Source of the DNA: Eledone cirrhosa
Taxonomy: Eukaryota
DNA: 64,000 bases
Direction of reading: 5' to 3'
Assembly: GCA_964016885.1 (NCBI GenBank)
Contig: OZ024743.1
Location: 93,620,001-93,684,000 of the forward strand
In this document: positions 27,501 through 40,801 of the stretch, piece after piece
Layout of the letters: each line of letters starts with the position of its first letter
Position numbering within the stretch: position 1 is the first letter of the stretch
The notes under the pieces: model-generated
Told to the model about the DNA's origin: nothing
What the model saw: only the letters and a program-made list of their open reading frames with translations
Database searches by the model: none
Translations under genes and position numbers: made by a program

Positions 27501-30500
27501 TCACTTTTGAGCTGACTTTTGGGAGGCTCCCATACAGCTCTGAGTTTTTCATCCTCAGTGTATACTGATTAATGTTCAGAGCCATGCTCACCGACATCCA
27601 GAGTTGACATTGCACTCAGTGCTCCTGTGGGAGCCCCTACATGGACACACTGGAAGAGGAAGAGGAAGACCAAGGTTAACGTATGTTGATGCCCTAAGGA
27701 CAGACACTGGTCTGTTGGAGATGCAGGACATGGCAGCGATGAGGGACAGAGACCGCTGGAGAGAACTCGTCCATGGATCTCGGGAATTTTACCCGCCCTA
27801 GATAGATATACATGGTGGTGGTAGGTAATGGTGGTTGTTATTGCTGTTGTTGGTGATAGTGATGCATGCATGTGTGTGAATGTGTTTATTATCATTAACT
27901 ACAAAGCAGGATAACACTATCCATATAGAAAAGCTCTTTAATCAGAACACAGGAGATTGAAACACTGAGAACCAACTGATAAATTTGGAACATTTCGATA
28001 AAGAACATCAACAATAACAGCAGAGAATACATTTGTTAAGTGAGGCACAATTTTCATTGATTCCTGTGTCTCTCTCTACATTTAAGTGAGGCACAATTCT
28101 TATTTATTTCTGTGTCTCTCTCTACATTTAAGTGAGGCACAATTCTTATTTATTTCTGTGTCTGTCTCTACATTTAAGTGAGGCACAATTCTCATTTATC
28201 CCTGTGCCTTTCTACATTTGTTGAGTGAGGCACAATGCTCATTTATTCCTGTGTCTCTACATTTGTTAAGTGAGGCACAATTTTCATTTAGCCTTGTGCC
28301 TCTACTTCAAATCCAGTCAAAATTAACTTTGCTTTTTATCTCTCCTGAATTGATAAAACAATTATTATTAATCTTTTATTGAAGTCAATTGATTGTAACT
28401 TTTCCCTCCAAACTCAGAACACTGTTTCAATACTGAAAACTTGGTCTTGTCTCGTGCACATTTCAAACAGAAATATTGATTCATTTCTTTCATTAATTAA
28501 TCTGTTTGGCTGTTAAACATTATAGGTTATAACTAGTATTTTTTTCTGTCAGAACAGGATAGCATGATAATGGAGAGAGAAGTGTTAACTGTTATAACAC
28601 AAAATATTAAATGGGTGAATCTAAGTCTAGTATAAAGTCTGTCTCAAGTCAGGAAACTTGTCCGGCCGGTATTTATCTGGTTTCATGGCAAGATTTGACT
28701 GAGAGTACAAGCCTCTCCACTGGACAGGGTGCCAGTTCATCACAGGGTTAACCCTTTAGCATTTACATTACTCTATATCTACTATTGTATTTTCATGGTA
28801 AACACCTTATCTCACATAATATCTAATTTATGAGATGTTGATATTATTTATTTTGAGAACAATACCTTAATGTTGGTATAAGCGGCCAGTTACAGCTGGT
28901 TTGAACTGAAGGAAGTGAGAGAATTCTGGCTGGATATGGCCGGTTTAAATGCTAAAGGATTAAACCCCCAGCTATGGCTGGTACTCATTTTCACCTGAGT
29001 ATACTGAAGCAACGTGAAATGAAGTGTTTTGCTCAGGAACACAACACACAACCCAGCCCAAGAATCGAACCCACGACATTATGGTCATAAGTCCAACACC
29101 CTTACCACTAGGACATATGCCTCCAGAAATAATAATAATGATAATAATGAAAATTATTGTGTATAGTGCTCAGGTGCACTACAACTCATCAAAAGTAAAT
29201 GTATAGTACATAGAATGATGTACAACAGTTACGAAAGTAAACAGTGTATGAGTCATGATACACACACGCACGTGACCAAGAACTGGTGATGCACTGGATG
29301 AATAAATGAGAAAAAACTATATTTACCTATTCTGTAGACCTACTGTAGAGTCATCCAATTTATAATAGATCAAGCCAATAATAATACCAAAGATGATGCT
29401 GATCATTACCTAAAAAAAATTAAGATATAGATATAATTAATATATGTGCTGCAAATGGATGATGATTGATGGGTGAAGATGTGCCAGGAAGTCCTGGTGG
29501 AAGAAAGCTGCCTAAGAGGTAGACCAAGGAAAACCTGGGCAGAGGTGATGAGAGCTGACCCCAATTCGCTGAGACTTACAGAGGAGATGACAAAGAAACA
29601 CTGTGAGTATAGAGATGCTGTGCTTTTTCCATGCAAGCATGGAAAAAGGGACGTAAAAATGATGATAGTCATGGTGGTGGTGATGATGGTGGTGGTGATG
29701 ATGGTGATGGTTGATGATGATGATGATGGTGGTGGTGGTGATGATGGTGATGATAGTGGATCCTATTCTATCTAAGGAGAATGTAGTTTTAGACCTGTAG
29801 TCTTAGATATACAAAAAGATAGGATAGTTTGGACTAGAATACCTCTGTTCAATCAGTGCTAACGATAATAACAGAGAGAAACAATATAGCAAGTAGGTGT
29901 CATGACAAAAGGCATCTAGTCCACACTGTAAAGTGGCAGTGTAGGTGTCACGACAAAAGGCATCTAGTCCACACTGTAAAGTGGTTGTGTAGGTGTCATG
30001 ACAAAAATCACCCAGTCCACACTGTAAAGTGGTAGTGTAGGTGTCACGACAAAAGGCATCTAGTCCACACTGTAAAGTGGTTGTGTAGGTGTCATGACAA
30101 AAATCACCCAGTCCACACTGTAAAGTGGCAGTGTAGGTGTCACGACAAAAGGCATCTAGTCCACACTGTAAAGTGGTTGTGTAGGTGTCATGACAAAAAT
30201 CACCCAGTCCACACTGTAAAGTGGTTGTGTAGGTGTCACGACAAAAGGCATCTAGTCCACACTGTAAAGTGGTTGTGTAGGTGTCATGACAAAAATCACC
30301 CAGTCCACACTGTAAAGTGGTAGTGTAGGTGTCACGACAAAAGGCATCTAGTCCACACTGTAAAGTGGTTGTGTAGGTGTCATGACAAAAAGCACCCAGT
30401 CCACACTGTAAAGTGGCAGTGTAGGTGTCACGACAAAAGGCATCTAGTCCACACTGTAAAGTGGTTGTGTAGGTGTCATGACAAAAATCACCCAGTCCAC

Positions 30501-33500
30501 ACTGTAAAGTGGTAGTGTAGGTGTCACGACAAAAGGCATCTAGTCCACACTGTAAAGTGGTTGTGTAGGTGTCATGACAAAAAGCACCCAGTCCACACTG
30601 TAAAGTGGTAGTGTAGGTGTCACGACAAAAGGCATCTAGTCCACACTGTAAAGTGGTATTGTAGGTGTCATGACAAAAAGCACCCAGTCCAAACTGTAAA
30701 ATGGTAGTGTAGGTGTCACAACAAAAAGCACCTAGTACACACTATGGCATCCAGAAACCAAGTTAAAATCAGTCCTGTATGAGCAAGGTGTGGTCATCTG
30801 ACCTGACATGTATCACAATGGGATAACTCGTCTAACCTATGCTAGTATGCAAAAATTGATGTTAAACAATGATGATGATGATGATGATAATTGTTTCTAC
30901 TATTGGCACAAGGCCAGCAATTATCTCAGTACATTACTGGTACTTTATTTTATCGACCCCGTAAGGATGAAAGGCAAAGTTAACCTCGGCGGATTTGAAC
31001 TCAGAATGGCAAGGGCCGTAACTCTATGCGTCAAAGCATGGCGTCCGACCCTCTACCGATACTGCCAATTCATGATGATGAAAATGAAGGCAAATAGGAA
31101 TAGGAAACATGCTTTGGTAAATTATTGTAATGAAGAGTAAAAAGAAAGCAAAAACCTTCTTTACATATTGCAGTGATGTTCATGCCTTTTCCAAAGACAT
31201 TACAGATTACAAGTGCAGTAAGATAGCAAATCAGTTGCTTAGCTCACTAGGATCATTTATTTTATGATGGGTAGTTAATAGAAGATACTTACTTGTAAAG
31301 TCGATGCCATTGGGTTACGCACCAAATTCTTCAAAGCTCGTATACTGACAAGTATCAACTGAAATATACCAAATGAAGCAAAATAATCATTGTACACAAC
31401 TTATTTTATAAGAGCCCAGATCTTATTTTATAGCTAAAGCTAATCTTTTTTTCTTCTTCTTCTTCTTCTTCTTCACTTTCAACTTTTATGGTAACAAGCT
31501 TGGGATGGTTGTTTGAACATTTAGAGGTGGTGAATTGGTAGAGTTGTGAGAACATCAGAATGTTTTGTGGTATTTGTTCCTGCTCTCTGCTCCCTGAGTT
31601 CAAATCCAATCGAAATCAACTTTGTCTTTCATCCATTCAAGGCTGGTAAAAAAAATGTATGTCTAGTACTAGATTCTTACTCTATATCTCTTTCTCACTT
31701 CCTCTCTCTCTATCCTTCTCTGGAAGAAATCTGCTGTACTCAGGCCTGGAGAGGGGTGGGCTTTGCCAGGTTTAAAAAGTGCCTCAAAAAACACCATATG
31801 TCACTACAGCACCCCTACAACTCCATCAGGAGTTACAAGACTAGCACTCTAGTTCTAAATATTTCTAAGATGGAGGTTCAGAATAAGCATTTCACCATAA
31901 ACTTTCTAAATGTTAAGGTACACAATAGAAAAGTAGGGAGGTACACTATCATCATCACCACCACCACCACCACCACCACCACCACCACCATCACCACCTC
32001 CACCACCATGTTGCACGTTTGCATGTTGTGTTCTTGAGCAAAATACCTCATTTCACGTTGCTCCCGTATACTCAGCTAAAAATTTGCTGGAGGTTTAACC
32101 CTGCAATGGACTGGTGTCCTGTCCAGTGGGGAGTCTTGTGCTCCCAGTCGCTTCATGCCACAGAAACTGGGATAAGCACTGGTCTGATGAGCCTCCAAGC
32201 TCAAGACAGACTTTAGACTTTAAACTACTATATAGTAGTTGCTTTCAGAAAGAGGCTTGAAACTTGGATAAAAATGTAGAATGAATCTGCAGTTTTCACA
32301 CTGGATGCAGCACAGCTGACCAAATATTCACACTCATAACATGAGCTTAGCTGGATCAATTGGAGACAAATTGCTTCTGACAGGACCTTCTGGAAAGCAT
32401 GTTTGAGGACTCTTCCCTAACGACCCTCCCAGGAATAAGTGAGCAAAGAAAAAAGAAGAAAAAAAGAGAAAAAAAAAAAGAAAAAGAAAAAGAAAAAGAA
32501 GAAAAAAAGAAAAAAGAAGAATAAGAAGAATAAGAAAAAGAAAAAGAAAAAAGGAGAAGAAAAAGAAAAAGAAAAAAGGAGGAGAAAAAGAAAAAAAGTC
32601 TGAAACCTATTGTGAATTACCTGTTGTAAAAATGATGTGTTGTATGGTATTCTTTTCTGTTGTTTCTCTTTAGAAGTTTTGCAGTGTTCCTTATATTTCT
32701 GCTCTATGACATCAGTATCTTTGGTCAAACTAAAAAATAGAGGAACAAGGAAAACATGAAGAAGCAGATAAAATATACCACTACACAAATTAGTCAAAAA
32801 CTACTGAAATCAAAGCTGAATCAAAAGAAAAATGTAGGTGCCCCAGTATGGCCTCAGCCTGTTGGCTGAAATACATAATAGAGTAATAGAGAGTTAACCC
32901 AGTGGTGGACTTATAAATAAGTTAAATAAGCTATAGCTTAGGGACACACACCCGCAGGGGCCTCATATTTTTATTTTATCATTAGTTTTTATTCTTTATC
33001 ATTAACATTAGTATAAAACAAAGGTTTCTACTTTTGTCACAAGGCCAGCAATTTGAAGGGCAGGGGAAATTTGCAGGGCATACTGGGTACATTTTCATGA
33101 CACCAGCACTAAAGAATTTGTTGGTTATTGTCTCAACTGAAGAGACGTCTCTGCAATGCAGAAGGGGCAGGGGAGATAGAAGGAAAATAAGTATGATGTT
33201 ATGTATGTATGGCAGGTGTAGTGGGATTTGTCAGGGTGATAAGTAGGAAGAGAAAGGTGACCTTCAATATCATAGAGGGAGTAGCTACAGGTGTATCAGG
33301 ATTTTTAGAGGAAGGATGTTGTCATGTTGAAAATAGCTAGGAGATGATAGTTGTAAGGGTGTGGATGCACAATGATGGAGAGAGCAGCTACTAAGGACTT
33401 CAGAGGAGGTTGTAGTGATGATGAAAATAGCTAAGGAGTGATAGTGGAGGGGGTATGAATGAATTGGGTGTAGAGTGAGGGTGAGGTTAAATAAATAAGT

Positions 33501-33627
33501 GTTATAGTACAGGGTGTGTCAGGTCATATTTTATGCTAGTAGGTCTTCTCCAGTCAAGCATGTCACCAATTCTCAAGGTCCTTTGATTTTGAATTGAGGT
33601 TTTCTAGGTACAATAGAAAAATTGCAT

Positions 33628-33694
<67 letters not shown>

Positions 33695-36600
33695 AAAATT
33701 TGTATTTACCTTTCATAAAAAGTAGATTTTTTAAAATAATTTCTAAACCTTTCAGTTTTGGGAATATCTGCAATAAGAAATTGAAATAAGAACATGGTAT
33801 GTTTGGTTAACTTAGATTAAAGGTGTGGGTACACAAAAACTAGTGGAAATTGACCAACCAAGAAATTGGTCCTCTTTAAGTCAGTATAATATTTATGGTA
33901 GAAAAAGATTTTGCAACTTTTCTTACCTTGCTTACTGAATCAAGATTTATCATTTTTAACAGTCTAGTACTGGGGTAGATTCTTCCTCTATATTTCTTTC
34001 TCACTTCCTCCCTTTCACTTTCTACCCTTCTCTGAAAGAAATTGGCTGTATACTCAGGCCTGGAAAGGGACAGACTCTGCCAAGCTTAAAATGCCCAAGA
34101 GATGCCTCAGATAGACAAAGAAGAAAATCAGGAACTATTCCTGCAACTGTAGTCCTTGTAGTCCTTAACCCCTTTAGTATTTAAACCGGCTGTATCCAGC
34201 CAGAATTCTCTCCCCTCTTTCTGTTCAATCTAGCCATAACTAGTTGCTCATACTTATGTTAAGGTATTGCTTTCAAAATAAATAATATCAAAATCTCGTA
34301 CATTTGATATTATGTGAGATAATTACGTGAAATGAAGTGTTTACCGTGAAAATACAATAGGAAATATAGAGTAATATAAATGCTACAGGGTTAAAGAAGT
34401 AAAATTTCTACCATTTAATCTAAAATGAATTTATGAATGCAAAACTTCTGAAAATAGCATTACTCAAACTTCACTTGCAATGGTAATTGAAAAGAAAGTA
34501 GTTTAGACAGTTTGTTTGTTATAAAACTTTTTAAGACTCTTCCAACACAGAAACAATTTTTAACTTATAAACCACTCACATATTTATCAAAGAGCTTCTA
34601 AACATAAGGCAACAAAATCGTACAATACAGCAATTCTGGCATTTTTAATACTAAACAGGAATGGGCTGTCAGATCCTTATTGACAAATGAAATCATTAAA
34701 TTGAGGCAGAAGGAGGTTGCGGAAAATGTTTAAAATTCTGGAACACAACGTAGTGATTAAATTTGTAGTGCTCTCTAGACAAGGGAAGTAGCTAGAGTTA
34801 CTTCCCATTGAATTTCTAGAATATTCCTTAAACTTCCATTCCAGGGATTATAAAAGATAGAACAAAAAGCTATCTCTCTCTTTGGCGGCAAGCTCTCAAA
34901 CTGACCACATCGAGTGCAAATATGTTAAGCTTTATCCAACCATATCTTATAATTCAGGATTACACCTTGTCATGCCGTGAGGTACGTTTTGTTACCACAT
35001 TTGTAATACATGGACTACAATAAATGCAAGTTATTTTGATACTCGTTTTAAGAAATTCTTCATGCCTCAGTTATTACTTCAAAAATAGAGAGAGATAATT
35101 CTCACAAAAAGAAATTGTATGAAAGTTCTTCTATATCTTCTTTCTATTAAAATTAGTAGTTAGGATCCGGTGGTACTTACTGGAGTAAGTAACCCTGGGA
35201 CCAACTCCCTAAAATGAAGACGCAGCAAAACAAATCCATTTATTCACCATCGCCTAAAAGTGGTGACAAATATTTTCCTACACTATTACAATTTATTGCT
35301 ACACAAACTATTGCTAAACAACTCACTAAAATGGTGACCCCAACAACGACACAGAAAAGAATTGTTCTCAACTCTAGGAAGTTTGTTTTATTTCAGTCAG
35401 TTCGTGTGGGGTGAACAAAATAGAAAAATTGAAGAAGCAAATCGCCATGTTGACAGCGTGATACTTCACCAAAATAGAAAAAAAAAAATTTTTGTCCATC
35501 GTGTTTCGGTTCAACCAAGTTTTCGTTTTTTTGAAGTCGCCATCTTACTTGCTCGGTGCTATATTTTTACTCCAGCTATTCATGGTATTACCACGTGTGC
35601 AGTAGTTGAAAAAAAAAATGGAATTTTCTCGAGAGCCTACTTAGGAAGTTTCAGTCGTCGCTTCTTCTGCTTTCAAAACCCAGCCTGCTTCACCTCGTGA
35701 GGACTCAATGCTGAGAGCCATTGACGTGTTAACTGCATCATCATCAACATCTATCCCAGTTATTTCAACGTCTTCGATTGTACCAAGTCAGAATCAACCC
35801 AGCTAAATGTGTGTTTGGTACAGCTTCACTGGAATTCCTTGGACATCTTATAGATTCGGAAGGCATTCGACCTCTGCCATCAAAGGTGGAAGCGATTCAG
35901 CATATCGCAACCCCCACCTCCCTGAAACAATTACGTCATTTCTTGGGATTAATTAACTTTTATCGTCACTTCATTCCTAACTGTGGAGACAAGTTGTTTC
36001 CCTTGACACAGTTTTAAAAGGCTGCAAAAAAGGAAGATGCTCCTATTTCACTTTCTGCCGATGTCTTGCAGTCTTTTGAATCCGTCAAGTCTGAGATAGC
36101 TGAAGTCTCCTTCCTCGCCCATCCTGTTGCAAACACGAGGCTTTCTTTAACTGTTGATGCATCCGATCATGCTGTTGGAGCAGTTTTGCAACATACGATT
36201 GACCACCAGGTTCAACCACTGGCATTTTTCTCATACCAACTTAAACCAACAGAACAGAAATACAGCACCTTTGACAGAGAACTCTTGGCAGTTTATCTTG
36301 CCGTGAAGCACTTCCACCATTTTTTGGAAGGGCGGGAGTTCATGATATTCACGGACCATAAACCGCTAACATTCGCTCTCCAATCCAAGTCCGACAGGTA
36401 CTCTCCGAGAGCATATAGGCATTTGGATCTCATCTCCCAGTACACCAGTGACATTCGTCATATAGCCGGAGCTGCCAACATATCCGCGGACGCACTATCT
36501 CGACTTTCTGTGTGTTCTCTTGCGTCTCCTCAACTGACCAACCTACTTTGGATTCGTTGGACATTTCCTCTGACCAGTTCTCCTGCTGCAAATTGGAATA

Positions 36601-39600
36601 TTTACCTCGTCCATCTTCTGAAGAGAAAATTCTCTGCGATATTTCTACTGGCTCACCCAGACCACTTGTTCCAGATTGTCATCAACGTACCGTGTTTGAT
36701 GAACTTCATTCCTTGTCGCATTCCTGGCCCAATTTTTCTGGCCTAATATGCATCGTTTAATCATCGATTGGGCACGTTCTTGTTTGAAGTGTCAGCGCTC
36801 TAAGATTTACCGGCATGCTCGCGCTCCTCTGGGTAAATTCAGCCCACCGGACACCCATTTCTGTCACATTCACATGGATATTGTTGGTCCGTGGCCCGTT
36901 AGTCGTGGGTTCACATATATATTGACCTGTATCAATCGTTTCTCTCGTTGGCCTGAGGCTATACCCCTAGTGAACATAACAGCCGAGTCCGTTGCCCGAG
37001 CTTTCATTTCCAATTGGATTGCTCGCTTTGGTGTTCCTTCTAAAATAACCACAGATCGGGGACGCCAGTTCGAGGCTTCCTTATTTCGTGAAATATCACG
37101 ACTTTTGGGTGCTCATCACATTCATACGACCAACTATCACCCAGCCTCCAATGGAATGGTGGAGAGGTTCACAGACAGTTGAAAGCTGCACTTCGCGCTT
37201 CTCCTGATCCGCAACGTTGGATCGAATTTTTGCCAATCGTGCTTCTTGGTTGTCGTTCTGCCATTAAGACAGATTTGGGTTTCTCTTCTGCTGAACTTCA
37301 TTATGGTACCACCTTGACACTTCCTGGTCAAATGTTAGCACCGGTGGATTCATCACATCTTGATCCAGCATCATATGTCACCAGGATTCGTTCGTATTTC
37401 TCGGATCTTCCACCAATGAACCCTCGTGACCAGTCTATTTCTTCTGCTGTTCCTTCGGACATCTCTACGTGGACACATATTTTTATATGCAATGATTCCG
37501 TCAAGGGACCACTTACGTCACCCTACAATGGACCTTTTTGTGTGCTTTCGCACACACCAAAACATTTCACAGTGGCATTAACAAACTTCTTTTTTCAGTT
37601 TCAGATAGAACTAGTGTCAGAAAAGTCTGTACACTGGTGATGTATAAACTATTTGATTATGAAGAAACTTTGAACTTACCATTGAGCATTAATTTTTCTC
37701 TGCACCTTTATATTTACTTTGAATTATTAGTTTGTTACATTCACATCTTTTTTCTTTGTAAAATGCATTTGCTTGTTTTGTGCCTTTTTGCTATTTACTT
37801 CAGTTGCGAGCTCATGTTTTATTCATGCACTTTCTTGTACCTTTTTCTCTGCTCCTCATTTCTTACAGGTTCTTGCTACAATGACCTTCGGTTGGTTATT
37901 CAACTTCTCGTCTGAGAGCGGAGTCTTGTAGCGCTCTCTAGACAAGGGAAGTAGCTAGAATTACTTCTCGTTGAATTTTTAGAATATTCCTTAAACTTCC
38001 ATTCCAGGGATTATAAAAGATAGAGCAAAAAGCGATCTCTCTCTTTGGCGGCAAGCTCTCAAACTGACCACATCGAGCACAAATATGTTAAGCTTTTTCC
38101 AACCATATCTTATAATTCAGGATTACACCTTGTCATGCCATGAGGTACGTTTTGTTACCACATTTGTAATACATGGACTACAATAAATGCAAGTTATTTT
38201 GATACTTGTTTTGAGAAACTCTTCATGCCTCAGTTATTACTTCGAATGTAGAGAGAGATAATTCTTACAAAAAGAAATTGTATGAAAGTTCTTCTATATC
38301 TTCTTTCTATTAAAATTAGTAGTTGGGATCCGGTGGTACTTACTGGAGTAAGTAACCCTGGGACCAACTCACTAAAAATGTTAAGGTAAGTAGAGAGATG
38401 GGGTGGGTAAATGTAGGCATTTTGAGTTGATTTGAAAAGAGGTAGATGTCTCATCTGGGATGTCAGTAGTCAGTGACTCTTTTATTCCCTCTCATGGATG
38501 CCACAGTAAATGTGAAGGTCACTGCTTCCATTGCTGAAAGGAATAAAATCCTAAAATATATACTGGGAACTATCAAATAACTATTTTTTCCCAGCCTGTG
38601 ATGTTTGAGACGATTGGTAGAGTTGGGCTGCTGACAGGAAAGTTCTTGTCATTATTGGTGGCTTGCCTTACTGAAGTGTTAGGTGATGCCTGTGAGTGTG
38701 CCTGGTTGACTCAATGCCTTAGCCTCGCCGTCATCCACAGTAATGCTGTGAGTGTGTTGGTTTGCCTCGAAAACTTCCGTTGATCCTTGAGATGTGTGGC
38801 TGATTGTCGCACTTGGTGGTAAATTGATGGTTGTTTCGGTTTGTTTTTTTCTCTCGCTGTGATCATATATTTTTGTGCATTATATTTGTGCGGTTCCCAG
38901 CAATAATTAATTGTATTTATTATATGTGTTTATATTTTCATTCTGTAAGAATTATAAATAACTTCTAATGTTATTTATACAACTCAGAATAATGAATAAC
39001 TAAATACATTTGAAAAGCCAAACCTTTTTCTTCTGATAGTTGGTTGGCATCATTACAAGGAACATCTCCATTAATCACGTCTAGAAAGAAATCAGCTGGG
39101 TTGTTGTGTTCTTCACATTTGTAACCTTCAAAATAAAAACATTCATTACATATGCTGTATCAGAAGTTGAGTTGAACTTTAAAAGCTTAAACCCATAACC
39201 CCATGATTGCAAAGAAAACTTCTTCACCATTCAGCCATCCTGTGTCTAACAATAAAATACCCACTATGTTAGGGTGTCAGTTTGTGCAGTGAGAGAGAGT
39301 TTGTGCCACATGAGGCAATTGTTGAATTTGCGCCAGCCACAGGAGAAGTTGTCATGTCTTTGACACAAACTGAAGGGTCCTTCCAATCCTTTGTTTGGAA
39401 AGTTTTCTACAGCTGGGTACTCTTTATATCACTAACCACTTTACAGTGTGTAGTAGGTGTGTTTATCGTGTAAATCACCAACACTAGAGAGGTTACTGTA
39501 CCTTTTGTTTCATAGAAATGAGCAGTGGATTGTGAAAATAGAACACCAGATAGAATATATTGTAGTATATAGTTGTGTCTCTTTATGTACTGTGTCCTAA

Positions 39601-40769
39601 TTCCACTGGTTTCAGTGGTCAATAAAATAAGTTCCAGTAGTAGGGTGAAAGGTGCCTCAAATAAATATGTTGCTCATGCATAGCCTTGTGTTCATTTGAG
39701 GAATGATTATTATTTTTAGTAGCATTATGAGATATGTAATGAATGATTGACAAGTATTTCAGAAAGACAGTGCAATATAGTAGAAATATATAAAGGGCAA
39801 AGGGTGACAAATAAAATAAAACAAAGTCATGTTTTTTCTTACCCAATATATTTTAGCATAATATTTCAGAGTTTTCTAAGTTATACTGGTGATATATGAG
39901 AACAGTTTTTGGTGTAATGGTTCTCATGGGTGACTAAGCATGTAATTTCAGAGAATGTGTGGGTCTGAGCTGTTATTATAGTTGAAGTTATATATCAAGA
40001 TGGGAAATCTAACTTTAGGCAGAAAAAAAACTGTAGGTCAATGTTTGTAGGAATAATGTGGTTAAGAAGGGGATACTTGCAGAAGGGTGCAATTTACTAA
40101 AGACCTAAGGTGGTAGTATTATTACTTTGGTGGATTGACAGTATCGGTAGAGGATCGGATGCCATGCTTTGAAGCATAGAGTTACCTCCCTTTATGATCT
40201 GAGTTCAAGTCTCGCCGAGGTTAACTTTGCCTTTCATCCTTACGGGGTCGATAAAATAAAGTACCAGTAATGCACTGGGTAATTGCTGGCCTTGTGCCAT
40301 AAGTAGAAACAATTATTACTTACAGCCCTTTACGTTCTGAGTTCAAATCCTGCTGAGGTTAGCTTTGCCTTTCATACTTACAGGGCTGATAAAATAAAGT
40401 ACCAGTCACTCACTGGGGTCAATTTAATCAACTTTCCCCTCCCCCCCAAATTGCTGGCCTTGTGCCTAAATGAGAACTATTACTTATCAAAGTAAAACAA
40501 ACTAAAACTATTAAGAACTTCATTCAGAACTTTATTAAATGGAAGTATACAAAGATAATACTTACCAATGCTCTCAAAATAGTTTAGTGTCTTCTTTGCA
40601 GGTCCTTGAAAGACAAGAATTCCTTTGCAGAGTAACATCATATTATCAAATAAATTATAAATTGAATAACGAGGTTGGTGAATGGAAAAAATTACATTCT
40701 TTCCTTTTTCTGTTAACCTGTTTGAATATGAAACAAACATTAAAATTATATATATATATACTGATACTA

Positions 40770-40801
<32 letters not shown>

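Noticed and set aside
30081-30323. Cys/His-rich repeat ORF (CRCHDK...) resembling a metal-binding protein
   Set aside because: By-product of the 48-bp LINE-UTR minisatellite; stops occur in neighbouring units.
32183-32220. CTGATGA motif as a hammerhead core
   Set aside because: No downstream GAAA or stems; it is a SINE 3' end.
33926-33963. Possible extra ABCG2 micro-exon (strong AAG|GTAAGA donor)
   Set aside because: No stop-free frame fits the phase 1 flanks; the exons at 39024 and 33767 join in frame without it.
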